Assembly (NCBI GenBank): GCA_041690395.1
Contig: JAWLHJ010000002.1
Location: forward strand, 260,707-324,706
From: Longimicrobiales bacterium
GTDB lineage: Bacteria > Gemmatimonadota > Gemmatimonadetes > Longimicrobiales > Gaopeijiaceae
Length of the DNA: 64,000 bases
Direction: 5' to 3'
Numbering within the stretch: the stretch's first letter is position 1; the number at the start of each line of letters is the position of its first letter. The notes beneath the pieces were generated by a model. The model saw only the letters and a program-made list of their open reading frames with translations. It searched no databases and had not been told where the DNA came from. Positions 1 to 9,410 of this stretch are shown one piece after another. A program made the translations under genes and the position numbers.

Positions 1-422
1 GCGACACCATGGTCGCGGACTTCGAGGCAGGCGCCCGCTTCCTCATGGCCCACGCCGAGTCGACGGGGCGGGTCGGCGCCGTCGGATTCTGCTTCGGCGG
101 CTGGGTCGTGAACACCCTCGCGGTCCGCATGCCGGAGCTCGCCGCGGGGGTGCCCTTCTACGGCACCCAGCCTCCGGCGGAGGACGTCGCCCGGATCCAG
201 GCTCCGCTCATGATCCACTACGCGGCGCTCGACGAGCGCGTGAACGCCGGATGGCCCGCCTTCCGGGACGCGCTCGAGGCCAGCGGAAAGACGTACGTCA
301 TGCACATGTACGAGGGTGCGAACCACGGCTTCCACAACGACACGACGCCCCGGTACGACGAGGCGGCCGCCCGCCTGGCTCAGGAGCGCACGATCGCCTT
401 CTTCAACGAGCATCTCCGCTGA
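1..422 (+). CDS. Dienelactone hydrolase family protein (YghX-like), 5' end outside the window
   Basis: Nucleophile motif VGFCFGG, then PFYG, D-ERVNAG and [14 protein letters not shown], all typical of the family. Confidence 0.9.
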   Translation, partial: DTMVADFEAGARFLMAHAESTGRVGAVGFCFGGWVVNTLAVRMPELAAGVPFYGTQPPAEDVARIQAPLMIHYAALDERVNAGWPAFRDALEASGKTYVMHMYEGANHGFHNDTTPRYDEAAARLAQERTIAFFNEHLR

Positions 423-2301
423 GCCCGTCCGGGAGCGACAGGCCGACGGCCTCGAGGAGCTTCAGTGCATTCCGTGTCGTGGCGATACCGGGACGCAAGC
501 GGTAGTCGAACGTGATGCGCGGGCGGCCGTCGGGCCCCTCCCCCTCGACCTCCTCCCGGAAGTGCACGGGATGGGCGGCGTCCAGCAGCTCCGAGGTCTC
601 CGCGAGGGCGAGGTCGTGCGTGCTGACGGCACCGAGCGCGCCCGCGTCGAGCAGATGCCGCACCACGCCGCGGGCGGCGACCCTGCGCTCCGCCGTGTTG
701 GTGCCGTGGAGCATCTCGTCGAGGAGGTACAGCACGGGACGGCCGAGTGCGTCGGGCGCGCGGGCGGCCTCCACCACCGAGCGAATGCGCAGCAGCTCGG
801 CCATGAAGAGCGAAACCCCTTCCTCGAGCGAATCGTCCACCCGCATGCAGGTGAATACCCGCATGCAAGGGATCGAAAGCGACCGGGCGCACACGGGCGC
901 TCCGGCGCCGGCGAGCACCGCGTTCACGCCGAGCGCGCGAAGCAGGGTGCTCTTGCCCGACATGTTGGAGCCCGTCACGAGCAAGAAGGTCCCCGGAGGG
1001 CCCAGCGTCACGTCGTTCGTTACGCATCGGTCGGGGCGGAGCAACGGATGTCCGAGACCGGTCGCCACGACCTTGGAGGAAGGCTCGTCGGGCAGCGTGG
1101 GGTAGGACCACCCCGGATGGTCGTGGGCCAGATTCGACAGAGCGCTCAATGCCTCCCACTCCGCGCTCGCGTCGAGCCACGCGCGAACCTCCGGACCATG
1201 ACGGGCACGCCACCGATCCAGCGCCATCGCGAGGTGGAGATCCAGGAGGAGCACGGGCGACAACGTCGCGTAGACGAGGTTCCGGCGGCTCTCCACCGTG
1301 TCCAGCCAACGGAGCAGCGAGCCGAGGCGAGCGTGCGCGGCGTCCGTCCCGTTCGCCAGGCTCTCCCTCGCTCGGCGCAGCAAGGGGGCTTCCCACTCGG
1401 TGCCGTCGAGAAGCCTCAGCTGGGGCACCACGGCCCGAGCGGGAGCCGCCGCGCTTGCCGCCGCCGCGAACGACGGCTCCGCGAGGCGGCCCGAAGCACG
1501 GACCACCACGATCTGGGGGAGGGCGACGGCGAGCCACCACGGCCCGAAGCCGAGGAACACGTCGCCGACGACCGCGGCGAGCAGAAGCGGCGGAAGCAGG
1601 AAGGCCGCGACGCGCAGGGCCGGCCGGGAGGGGAAGTCGGGGGCGGCTTCGGCCCACTCCAGGAACCGACTCCAGCTCCCGAGCGCGTCGGAGGCGTCCA
1701 GACGGCCGAGCGCGGTGAAGTGGGCACGGAGGTCGGTCCTGGGCGCCAGCTCCCGGACCGCGTCCTGGCGCGCCCGGGCATCTTCGGGCACGCCGGGTTC
1801 GAGGAGCCAGTCCGAGAGGAAGGCGCGCGTCCGGACGGAGGTGACGGGGCCGAGGAGACGCCAGAGCGAGGCGCGCCCCACGACATCGAGATCCGCCGCG
1901 TACGGGTGGCCGCCGGGCACGTCAGGACCGTCTCTCTCAGCCGCCGGCAGCGCGTCTTCGAGCTCCCGCCATCGGCGCTCCAGACGCAGCGTGCCTTCCC
2001 GCGCGATCGACGCCAGGGCTCCCTCCCAGCGTTCCTCGGCTCGGACCCGGCGATGGACGACGACCTGGGCGACGAACGCGACGACGACGAGCGCGAGCAC
2101 CACCAGCGCCGTCCGCTCGCCGGCCCCTTCCAGGAAGTCGACCGCCACCAGCACGCCGACGCCGGCCAGGAAGGTGGCGCCCCTCAGCGTCGAGAGCCGA
2201 CGGGAGCTCGCGGCCGCACGGGCCCTCGCGGCATCGTGCGCAACCCAACTCTCGCGGTACCCGTCCAGGACGGCGTCCACGGGGTTGGACTCGCTCTCCA
2301 T
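403..2301 (-). CDS. Membrane-anchored MutS-related protein (MutS domain V ATPase only)
   Basis: Walker [38 protein letters not shown] and STHDL; N-terminal hydrophobic helices. Start ATG 2301, or TTG 2319 which has GGAGG upstream. Confidence 0.88.
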   Translation of the reverse strand: MESESNPVDAVLDGYRESWVAHDAARARAAASSRRLSTLRGATFLAGVGVLVAVDFLEGAGERTALVVLALVVVAFVAQVVVHRRVRAEERWEGALASIAREGTLRLERRWRELEDALPAAERDGPDVPGGHPYAADLDVVGRASLWRLLGPVTSVRTRAFLSDWLLEPGVPEDARARQDAVRELAPRTDLRAHFTALGRLDASDALGSWSRFLEWAEAAPDFPSRPALRVAAFLLPPLLLAAVVGDVFLGFGPWWLAVALPQIVVVRASGRLAEPSFAAAASAAAPARAVVPQLRLLDGTEWEAPLLRRARESLANGTDAAHARLGSLLRWLDTVESRRNLVYATLSPVLLLDLHLAMALDRWRARHGPEVRAWLDASAEWEALSALSNLAHDHPGWSYPTLPDEPSSKVVATGLGHPLLRPDRCVTNDVTLGPPGTFLLVTGSNMSGKSTLLRALGVNAVLAGAGAPVCARSLSIPCMRVFTCMRVDDSLEEGVSLFMAELLRIRSVVEAARAPDALGRPVLYLLDEMLHGTNTAERRVAARGVVRHLLDAGALGAVSTHDLALAETSELLDAAHPVHFREEVEGEGPDGRPRITFDYRLRPGIATTRNALKLLEAVGLSLPDGLSGDAR

Positions 2302-2483
2302 CGATGCGTTCTCGGGCAACGGTGAGCCTCCGGAATCGCTGGTGTGGACGGGAGCCCAACCTAACGACCGGACCCGCCCTCTCACATGGCGACAGGCACG
2401 CGCCACTTTCGGTCCGACTTCCGCTGAAGTAGCCTGCTTCGCATTCGTCGCATCCGCACCGGGTACGGAGAACCCTTCTGCTC

Positions 2484-4922
2484 ATGAACCTTCGGGCGAT
2501 CACCACCAACCTGCTCCTCGCGGCCGTCTACGGCGCCGCGGGGGCCGCGACCCTGGCCGTCGGCCAGACCGTGGGCCCGAACCTCTCCAGCATGCTCTGG
2601 ATCGGTTCCGGCATCGCGCTCGCCGTTGCGCTGCTCGTGCCGTTCGCCGTCTGGCCCGGGGTCGCGCTCGGAGCCATGGTGGCGACGCTCTCCGAGGGGT
2701 CGCCGATCCTCCATGTAATCGCCACGGGTATCGCGAACGGCGGCGAGGTGGCGCTCGCCATGTTCCTCCTGTCGAACGCGGGCTTCAATCGACGGTTCGG
2801 GACGGTCAGGGACGTGCTGCTCTTCCTGGGGCTCGCTTGCGGTCTCGCGGCCGCGATGACCGCCCTGATCAGCGTGACTTCGCTCATCCTGACCGGAGGG
2901 ATGCCGGCGTCCGCGTTCGGGCGGATCTGGCCCATGTGGTGGCTGACGCACGGCCTGGGCATGCTCCTCGTGGTCCCGCTGGCGCTGATCGTCCGGGCCC
3001 GGGGCTTCGAGCTCGACCATGCATCCCGGGGTGAGGCGTTCGTGCTCCTCTCGGCGATCGGCGTCGCGTCGTGGATCTCCTTCCTGGCACCGCCGAACAG
3101 CCTCCGCGCGGAAGTGTTTTTCCTGCCCTTCCCCCTCCTCCTCATGGCCGCCGTCCGTGGCGACGCGCTCGTCGCCACGCTGGGCGGCTTGATCGCCACC
3201 GTGCTGGCGCTCGTGGGCGCCCTGTTCGCGCGCGGGCCGTTCTCGCTCGGAACCTCGAACGAGGCGCTCTTCCTCACCTGGAGCTTCGCCAGCGTCACGA
3301 TCATCGCCGCCGTCATCGCGACCGCGGTCGTCCGGGAGCGGGCGCTGGCTCAGCGCGAGCTCGAGAGCGGTGAGCGGCGTCTCCGGGCGGTGCTGGAAGC
3401 CACGAGCGAGGGAATCCTGGTCGCTGACGACCTGGGGCGGGTCACCGACGTGAACTCGGCCTTCCTCCGGCTCGTGGGTGAAGACGACGACGGTGTGGCA
3501 CCCCGCTACTCAGAGGTGACGGCGTTCCTCGATCGCCTCCGCCCTACGGACACGGACAGAGCGCGTCAGCACCCCGCGGTCCTGGATCCGGACATCGACC
3601 ACGACAGGACCGCCACGGCCGAATTGCGACTCAGCGGTGGACGCGTCGTGGAGGCGGAGTCCGTCCCCCTCCCGGGCCCCGCCGAGCATGCCGGACGCGT
3701 CTGGTCACTCCGGGACGTCACCCAGCGCGTCGAGTCCGAGGAGGAACGGCGGCGGCTACACGAGCAGATTCTCCACAGTCAGAAGCTGGAAGGACTGGGC
3801 GTGCTCGCGGGGGGTGTGGCCCACGATTTCAACAACGTGCTGGCCGGCATCATGGGCTACGCCGAGCTCCTGCTCGCCCAACCGGACCTCACCGACGAGG
3901 GAAAGGCCGACGCGGAGGGGATCATCAAGGCGGCGCAACACGCGGCGGGGCTGTGTGGGCAGCTGCTGACCTACGCGGGGAAGACGACGGCCGTGCTCGG
4001 CCCGGTCGACCTGGCCGCGTGCGCGCACGACATGCGTCACTTCATGGCCATGTCCGTCTCCAAGAACGTCGAGCTGACCCTGGAAGTCCCGGACGACGAG
4101 GTCGTGGCGGTGGCGGACGAGGTCCAGATCCGACAGGTCATCTTCAACCTGGTGACGAACGCCTCCGAGGCGATCCTCGAAGGCCCGGGGTCCGGGCGGG
4201 TCCTGGTGCGCGTCGGCACGCGCCACTGCGACCGACGCTGGCTCGATCGGGCGTACGCCGCCGACGGGCTCCGGGTGGGCGACTACGCCATGATCGAGGT
4301 GGAGGACGACGGTGTCGGCATGAACGCCGACGAGGTGGCCCAGATCTTCGATCCCTTCTACTCGTCGAAAGGGCCGGGCCGCGGGCTGGGCCTCTCCGCG
4401 GTGATGGGCGTGCTTCGGAGCCACCAGGGGGCTCTCGTGGTCAACACCGAGGCCGGGCTGGGCACGCGCTTCCAGATCATCCTTCCGAAGTCGGGACAGG
4501 CGGATGCCACCCCCGGAGCCCGAGCGCCCAGGCGAGCGCCCATCGACGGTCCGGCCACCATCCTCGTGGTCGACGACGAGCCGGTAGTTCGCGAGACCGT
4601 GGCGCGGATGCTTCGAAAGGACGGACACGAAGTGCTCCAGGCGGGCGACGGCGATGCGGCCCTGGAACTCCTCGCCGAGCGGCACGACGAGGTGGCGCTC
4701 ATGGTCCTCGACCTCACGATGCCCCACCGGGACGGCCTCTCGACGTTGGCCGAAATGCGCACTCGTGGCTACTCGGTGCCCGTACTCCTGGCGAGCGGAT
4801 ACTCGGGCGAAGCCGTGCCCGCCGACGCGGCCGTCGCGGGCTTCATCCAGAAGCCGTTCCGGTCCGCCGAGCTGCGTGAGCGGGTCGCCACGGTCCTGAG
4901 CTCCGGAGCCGCCCCCGTCTGA
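2484..4922 (+). CDS. Hybrid sensor histidine kinase (MASE1-like membrane domain, PAS, HisKA, HATPase_c, receiver)
   Basis: Multi-TM N-terminus; H-box GGVAHDFNN; N-box NLVTNASEA; G-boxes DDGVGM and GRGLGL; receiver ILVVDDE...LDLTMP...KPF. Confidence 0.93.
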   Translation: MNLRAITTNLLLAAVYGAAGAATLAVGQTVGPNLSSMLWIGSGIALAVALLVPFAVWPGVALGAMVATLSEGSPILHVIATGIANGGEVALAMFLLSNAGFNRRFGTVRDVLLFLGLACGLAAAMTALISVTSLILTGGMPASAFGRIWPMWWLTHGLGMLLVVPLALIVRARGFELDHASRGEAFVLLSAIGVASWISFLAPPNSLRAEVFFLPFPLLLMAAVRGDALVATLGGLIATVLALVGALFARGPFSLGTSNEALFLTWSFASVTIIAAVIATAVVRERALAQRELESGERRLRAVLEATSEGILVADDLGRVTDVNSAFLRLVGEDDDGVAPRYSEVTAFLDRLRPTDTDRARQHPAVLDPDIDHDRTATAELRLSGGRVVEAESVPLPGPAEHAGRVWSLRDVTQRVESEEERRRLHEQILHSQKLEGLGVLAGGVAHDFNNVLAGIMGYAELLLAQPDLTDEGKADAEGIIKAAQHAAGLCGQLLTYAGKTTAVLGPVDLAACAHDMRHFMAMSVSKNVELTLEVPDDEVVAVADEVQIRQVIFNLVTNASEAILEGPGSGRVLVRVGTRHCDRRWLDRAYAADGLRVGDYAMIEVEDDGVGMNADEVAQIFDPFYSSKGPGRGLGLSAVMGVLRSHQGALVVNTEAGLGTRFQIILPKSGQADATPGARAPRRAPIDGPATILVVDDEPVVRETVARMLRKDGHEVLQAGDGDAALELLAERHDEVALMVLDLTMPHRDGLSTLAEMRTRGYSVPVLLASGYSGEAVPADAAVAGFIQKPFRSAELRERVATVLSSGAAPV

Positions 4923-4991
4923 CGAGGGGGCGATCCCGCCGCTCGCGCCCGGGGGACTCGCTCCGGGAGAATGGATCCCCCGGTCGGGCGC

Positions 4992-6593
4992 TCAGCGCAC
5001 CGGGTCGGGCGGACGCTCCCGATGGAAGGCCGTCACCGCCTGGTAGGCCGCGACCACGGCCAGCATCCGCTCCTCCCCGAACGGCGCCGCCCCCAGGATC
5101 GCGCCCCTGGGTACGCGGCGACCCGTCTCCTCGTCGGTGTCGAAGCCGATGGGGAAGCACATGACGGGAAGACCCGTGCCGTCGAACGCCCCGGACGACG
5201 GCGTCAGCACGACATCGCACTGGTTGAACAGCTGGCTCGTCATGCGACCGAGGAGCAGCTGACGAGCCTGCTGAACCTTCACGTAGCTGTCCGCGCTCTG
5301 GAGCATGCCGTTCAGGAAGCGCGGAAGGCGGTCACCGAACAGGCGGACGTCGCGACGCAGGTGCTCGATGAAGAACGCCGTCGGATCCCCGTGCGAGCCG
5401 CCGAGCGGGCTGGACGTGAGGACGTCGAAGTCGTCCGGCAGAGAGACTTCCGACACGAGCGTGACGCCCGGCGTGCGCTCGAGCTCGGCGACGAGATCGC
5501 GTCTGAGACGGCTCACCCCCTCGTCGTCGTCCGACAGGTAGCCCGGCCACACGCCGACGCGGGTGGGCCAGCGAACCCGCGGGCGCTCCCCGCCGAACGG
5601 GGTGGCGGCCAGCGCGTAGTTCGGCGGCCTCGGCAATCCGAGGGTCCGGGGATCCATCGGGTCGGGCTGAGCCAGGACCTGGAGCAGGATCGCCACGTCG
5701 AGGGCGTTGCGGGCCATCGGTCCGGCATGGTCACGCGTATGGCTGAGCGGGATCACGCCGTGCAGCGAGATCCGGCCGAACGTGGGCTTGATACAGGTCA
5801 GCCCCTGAGCCGTCCCCGGCCCGACCACGGATCCACCGGTCTGCGTCCCTACGCCGGCGACGGCCATTCGGGCGGCGACCGCGGTCGCGGTTCCGGAGGA
5901 CGACCCCCCGGGCGAGTAGCGGACGTCTTCGGGTGTCCATGCGTTGCGCGTCGTGGGCGTCGTGGTGCCGTAGACCTGCGCCCGCCCCCCGGCAAGGTTG
6001 CCCATCTGCGCCTTGCCGAGCACGACACCACCCGAGGCCCTCATGAGGGCGACGACGGTGGCGTCGTAGTCCGGCCTGAAGCCTTCGAACACCAGCGAGC
6101 CGCCCTCGGTGGGCAGGTCGGCCGTGTAGAAGTTGTCCTTCGGTGCGAGACCGATCCCTCGGAGCGGGGCGTCGCCTCCGCCCGCGGGGATCTGCTCGGA
6201 TTCGGCGAGCAAGTCTTCCCGCGTCGGCCGCGCGGCGTAGGCCCTGTAGAAGTCCGAGTCGAACGCCTCGATCCGGTCGACGTGGGCCTCGACGAGGTCC
6301 CGCGGACGGATGGAGCCGTTCCGCACGAGCGTCATCGACTGGGAGAGGGTGAGCTCGGTGAGGTCGCTCACGTCCTGGACGCGGACGGGGTGGCCGAACG
6401 CCTCCTCGGTGACCACCGGCCCGCCCGGGCTCGCGACGGCCGGAGCCCGCGAGAGGAGGGTGCCGGTCGCCGCGGCGGACGACACCCACGCCATCCGGTT
6501 CAGGAACCACCGCCTGGAGACGGGCCCGTCCAGCGGCCCCCGCGGGTCCGATCCGTCCCCACCCTCGCCCGGTCGTCCCGCCGGGCCGCTCAC
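4992..6593 (-). CDS. Amidase signature family protein with twin-arginine-like signal
   Basis: APKDNF (Lys), PGGSSSGT, GTQTGGS; N-terminal SRRWFL plus hydrophobic stretch; GTG start overlaps the upstream stop. Confidence 0.88.
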   Translation of the reverse strand: MSGPAGRPGEGGDGSDPRGPLDGPVSRRWFLNRMAWVSSAAATGTLLSRAPAVASPGGPVVTEEAFGHPVRVQDVSDLTELTLSQSMTLVRNGSIRPRDLVEAHVDRIEAFDSDFYRAYAARPTREDLLAESEQIPAGGGDAPLRGIGLAPKDNFYTADLPTEGGSLVFEGFRPDYDATVVALMRASGGVVLGKAQMGNLAGGRAQVYGTTTPTTRNAWTPEDVRYSPGGSSSGTATAVAARMAVAGVGTQTGGSVVGPGTAQGLTCIKPTFGRISLHGVIPLSHTRDHAGPMARNALDVAILLQVLAQPDPMDPRTLGLPRPPNYALAATPFGGERPRVRWPTRVGVWPGYLSDDDEGVSRLRRDLVAELERTPGVTLVSEVSLPDDFDVLTSSPLGGSHGDPTAFFIEHLRRDVRLFGDRLPRFLNGMLQSADSYVKVQQARQLLLGRMTSQLFNQCDVVLTPSSGAFDGTGLPVMCFPIGFDTDEETGRRVPRGAILGAAPFGEERMLAVVAAYQAVTAFHRERPPDPVR

Positions 6594-6859
6594 TCGTCCA
6601 CCTCGTCCACCCAGGCCGTGAAGGGGGCCGGGTAGAGCTGGGGGAGATGCAGCTGCGGATCGATCGCGAAGTCGGCAGCCTCCACGTCCTGTCTCAGAAT
6701 CGAGCGCCCGTTGGCGAGCAAGCGCGTCCGGTCCATGGGCGCATCCGGATCGGACTCCGGGAGGACCGAGATGTCGATACCCATCAGCGCGTAACGCGTC
6801 AGGATGTAGCGATCGAGCTCCTCGTCCGTCGGAGACGGGGGTGTCGTGGGTACCTGCAT
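6590..6859 (-). CDS. Small acidic hypothetical protein (89 aa) coupled to the amidase
   Basis: MQVPTTP...VDEVDE with protein-like composition; 4-bp stop/start overlap with the amidase; promoter-like motif upstream. Confidence 0.7.
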   Translation of the reverse strand: MQVPTTPPSPTDEELDRYILTRYALMGIDISVLPESDPDAPMDRTRLLANGRSILRQDVEAADFAIDPQLHLPQLYPAPFTAWVDEVDE

Positions 6860-6905
6860 GGTGCTCGTCCGTAAGGGGTCGGCCTGCCGCGCGGGATCAG
6901 ACGCG

Positions 6906-6934
6906 ACCCTACGCCCCGACCTCGCGGCCGTCAA
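6906..6934 (-). promoter_or_regulatory. Putative sigma70-type promoter for the small protein/amidase pair
   Basis: Minus strand TTGACG-N17-TAGGGT, 46 bp upstream of ATG 6859. Confidence 0.55.
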
Positions 6935-6975
6935 GCAGGGATCGCCACCGGCGGCGACGCTCTCCCGTCGTCCTG

Positions 6976-7944
6976 CTACGGAGCCGCGTCCAACTCGCCC
7001 GCGAGCTCCGCCCAGACCCGCCGTACCGCACGCTCCGCCTGATAGACGTAGTCGGCCTGCTGGGACAACGCGCCGAAGTTCGCCTGCTCGACCGCCGCGT
7101 CGAGGTCCAGCCCCGACTCCCGGAGGCGGCGGACCTCGGCGATGACCTGCTCAACCGCACCGCGGTACCGGACGAGTCCCTCGCGGCTGTAGTCGATCGA
7201 GCCACGGATGCCGTGTCCGGCCACGTACGTGTCCACGTCCATCGCCTCCGCGGTGCGCAGGACCTCGACCCACTCCGACGGATAGGCGGTGATCATGAGC
7301 GGGAACACCCGGTCGAGATGCGCTTCGCTCATGTAGAGGATCCTCTCCTCCGGAAGGTGCACTACGAGGTCGCCCGCCGTGTGTCCCCGACCGAGGAACC
7401 GGATCTCGATCACCCGCCCCCCGAGCTCCAGACGCTCGAGGTCTTCCACCAGATGGTCGGGCTCCAACCAATCCTCACCCGGGCTCTCGGGAGCCAGCGC
7501 CGCGGCGGCGAACGGGTGCGCGTAGACCTCCACGGAGTCCGGAAACACCAGATTGCCACCGGTATGGTCCCCGTGATCCGTCGCGATGACGAGGTGCGTC
7601 ACCGGCTGATCCGTCACCCGGGCTATCTCCCCGAGCAGCCGCTCGGTCTCTTCCACGTCCCCCTGGCCGTCGGCGACGAGCACGCCATCCTCGGTGACGA
7701 CGAACATGCTCACCGTCGTGACCGGATCCTCCGGCCGGGCGTACTCGTAGGTGTAGACACCGTCGGCGAGCTCCCGGACCTCCCGGTGCACCGTATTCGG
7801 AGCTTCCGGGGCGTAGGGGCTGTCGGCCGCGCCGGTGGTCGCCTCGTCCGTCACGGGCGGGGCGTCGTCCCCGCCGCCGTCGCCGCACGCGGCGAGGGTC
7901 AGGGCCAGGAAGACGAGTCCGTTGAGTGTGCGTTGCATGTGCAT
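6976..7944 (-). CDS. MBL-fold metallo-hydrolase lipoprotein
   Basis: Lipobox LAAC; degenerate motif TDHGDHTGGN; GRGHTAGD; AGHG. Confidence 0.85.
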   Translation of the reverse strand: MHMQRTLNGLVFLALTLAACGDGGGDDAPPVTDEATTGAADSPYAPEAPNTVHREVRELADGVYTYEYARPEDPVTTVSMFVVTEDGVLVADGQGDVEETERLLGEIARVTDQPVTHLVIATDHGDHTGGNLVFPDSVEVYAHPFAAAALAPESPGEDWLEPDHLVEDLERLELGGRVIEIRFLGRGHTAGDLVVHLPEERILYMSEAHLDRVFPLMITAYPSEWVEVLRTAEAMDVDTYVAGHGIRGSIDYSREGLVRYRGAVEQVIAEVRRLRESGLDLDAAVEQANFGALSQQADYVYQAERAVRRVWAELAGELDAAP

Positions 7945-7952
7945 GATGGACT

Positions 7953-8257
7953 AGCAGGTCGCTGAAAGAGGGGAGTACCCCGCGTTGGGAGCGCCACGGC
8001 CCCGAGCCGTAGGCGGGGCGACGACCGCATAGCCGTAGCTACGCGGAGGAGCTCCAACGACCGGAACGGGGCCGTGCCGCCCCAACCCTTCAACATGTAA
8101 GATCATATCATACCACTTGTTGGGCGCATGGGGGTTTCGCTGGTGATGCGGCGTCACTCCTCGCTCGCCGTAGCGGTGCTATGGCTCGTCGTCGTTCCTT
8201 GCCTGACCAGCGAAAGCCCCATGCGCGCGGGGTACTCCCCTCTTTCAACGACCTGCT
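7953..8257. mobile_element. MITE/REP-like non-coding element with 32-bp terminal inverted repeats and internal hairpins
   Basis: 7953-7984 AGCAGGTCGCTGAAAGAGGGGAGTACCCCGCG matches the reverse complement of 8226-8257 with 1 mismatch; internal stems 7985-8085 and 8124-8226; no transposase. Confidence 0.6.
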
Positions 8258-8391
8258 GCGTCTGGAGTTGCCGGGCGCCGGCATCATTCTAGCTTTCCGG
8301 CTCCTTCGTCGCGCGTGCCCACGCGTGGTTCATCATGGCCCCCCGCCGGGCAACGGACGGAGGAACTTCATTCAACCAGGAGGCCCCGCCA

Positions 8392-9351
8392 ATGCCCCGT
8401 TACCAGCCGCCCGACGCGATGGAAAGCCCTCGCATCGGTGGCATCCGCACGTTCATGCGATTGCCACACGTGCGCACCACCGAGGATATCGACTTCGCCG
8501 TCGTCGGTATCCCGTTCGACACCAGCACGACGTACCGCGTCGGAGCCCGATTCGGTCCGCAAGCGATCCGCGCCGCCTCGACGATGCTCCGTCCCTTCAA
8601 TCCCTATCACGGAGTGGACCTGTTCGAGCACCTCTCGGGAGTCGACTACGGTGACGTCGGTGTCGTGCCGGGCTACATCGAGGCGTCGTACGAGCGCATC
8701 GAGGCCGGCCTACGGCCGATCGTCGACGCGGGCGTCATCCCCATCGGGCTCGGCGGAGACCACTCCATCACCCTGGCGGAGCTCCGTGCGCTGAGCAAGC
8801 GCCACGGCCCCTTGGGCCTGGTCCAGATCGACGCCCACCCCGACACCTGGGAGGGCCACTGGGGGAAGAAGTACAACCACGGCACGGTCTTCCGCCGCGC
8901 GACCGAAGAGGGCGTCATCGACCCGCACCGGGTCATCCAGGTGGGCCTCCGCGGCTCCATCTACGGGTTCGAGGACTACGACCAGTCCCGCGAGATGGGC
9001 ATGGAGGTCATCACCATGCAGGAGTTCCGGGAGATCGGCATGCAGGAGGTGACGCGTAGGATCCGCGCTCGCTGCGCCGAGGGTCCGACCTTCCTCACCT
9101 ACGACATCGATTCCTGGGACCCGGCGTACGCCCCGGGCACCGGAACGCCCGAGGTCGAGGGCTTCACGAGCCACGAGGGACTCTCCCTGGTGCGCGGCAT
9201 GACGGACATCGACTTCGTCGGCGCCGACCTCGTGGAGGTGTATCCGATGTACGACCACGCCGAGATCACCGCGATGGGCGCTGCGAACGTCCTGTTCGAG
9301 CTCATCTCGCTGCTCGCGCTCAGGAAGCGGGACCGGACGTCTCGGGGCTGA
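8392..9351 (+). CDS. speB: Agmatinase / ureohydrolase family protein
   Basis: GARFGP, GGDHSIT, DAHPD, HGT, DIDSWDPAYAPGTGTPE, DLVEV; CAGGAGG RBS before ATG 8392. Confidence 0.88.
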   Translation: MPRYQPPDAMESPRIGGIRTFMRLPHVRTTEDIDFAVVGIPFDTSTTYRVGARFGPQAIRAASTMLRPFNPYHGVDLFEHLSGVDYGDVGVVPGYIEASYERIEAGLRPIVDAGVIPIGLGGDHSITLAELRALSKRHGPLGLVQIDAHPDTWEGHWGKKYNHGTVFRRATEEGVIDPHRVIQVGLRGSIYGFEDYDQSREMGMEVITMQEFREIGMQEVTRRIRARCAEGPTFLTYDIDSWDPAYAPGTGTPEVEGFTSHEGLSLVRGMTDIDFVGADLVEVYPMYDHAEITAMGAANVLFELISLLALRKRDRTSRG

Positions 9352-9362
9352 GTGCCGAGCCG

Positions 9363-9410
9363 TGACGGCTCGGACGGGTGGGCCTCGTGAGCCGCCTGCC
9401 CGAGCCGTCA
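9363..9410. terminator. Hairpin between convergent genes, possible bidirectional terminator
   Basis: TGACGGCTCGG...CCGAGCCGTCA stem; no U-tract. Confidence 0.45.

Noticed and set aside
4992..6593. gatA (Glu-tRNA amidotransferase subunit A)
   Set aside because: It has an export-like signal, a divergent signature and no gatB nearby, so it is called a generic amidase
7953..8257. CRISPR array or intact insertion sequence
   Set aside because: The repeats are inverted rather than direct with spacers, there are no cas genes, and no transposase ORF lies inside
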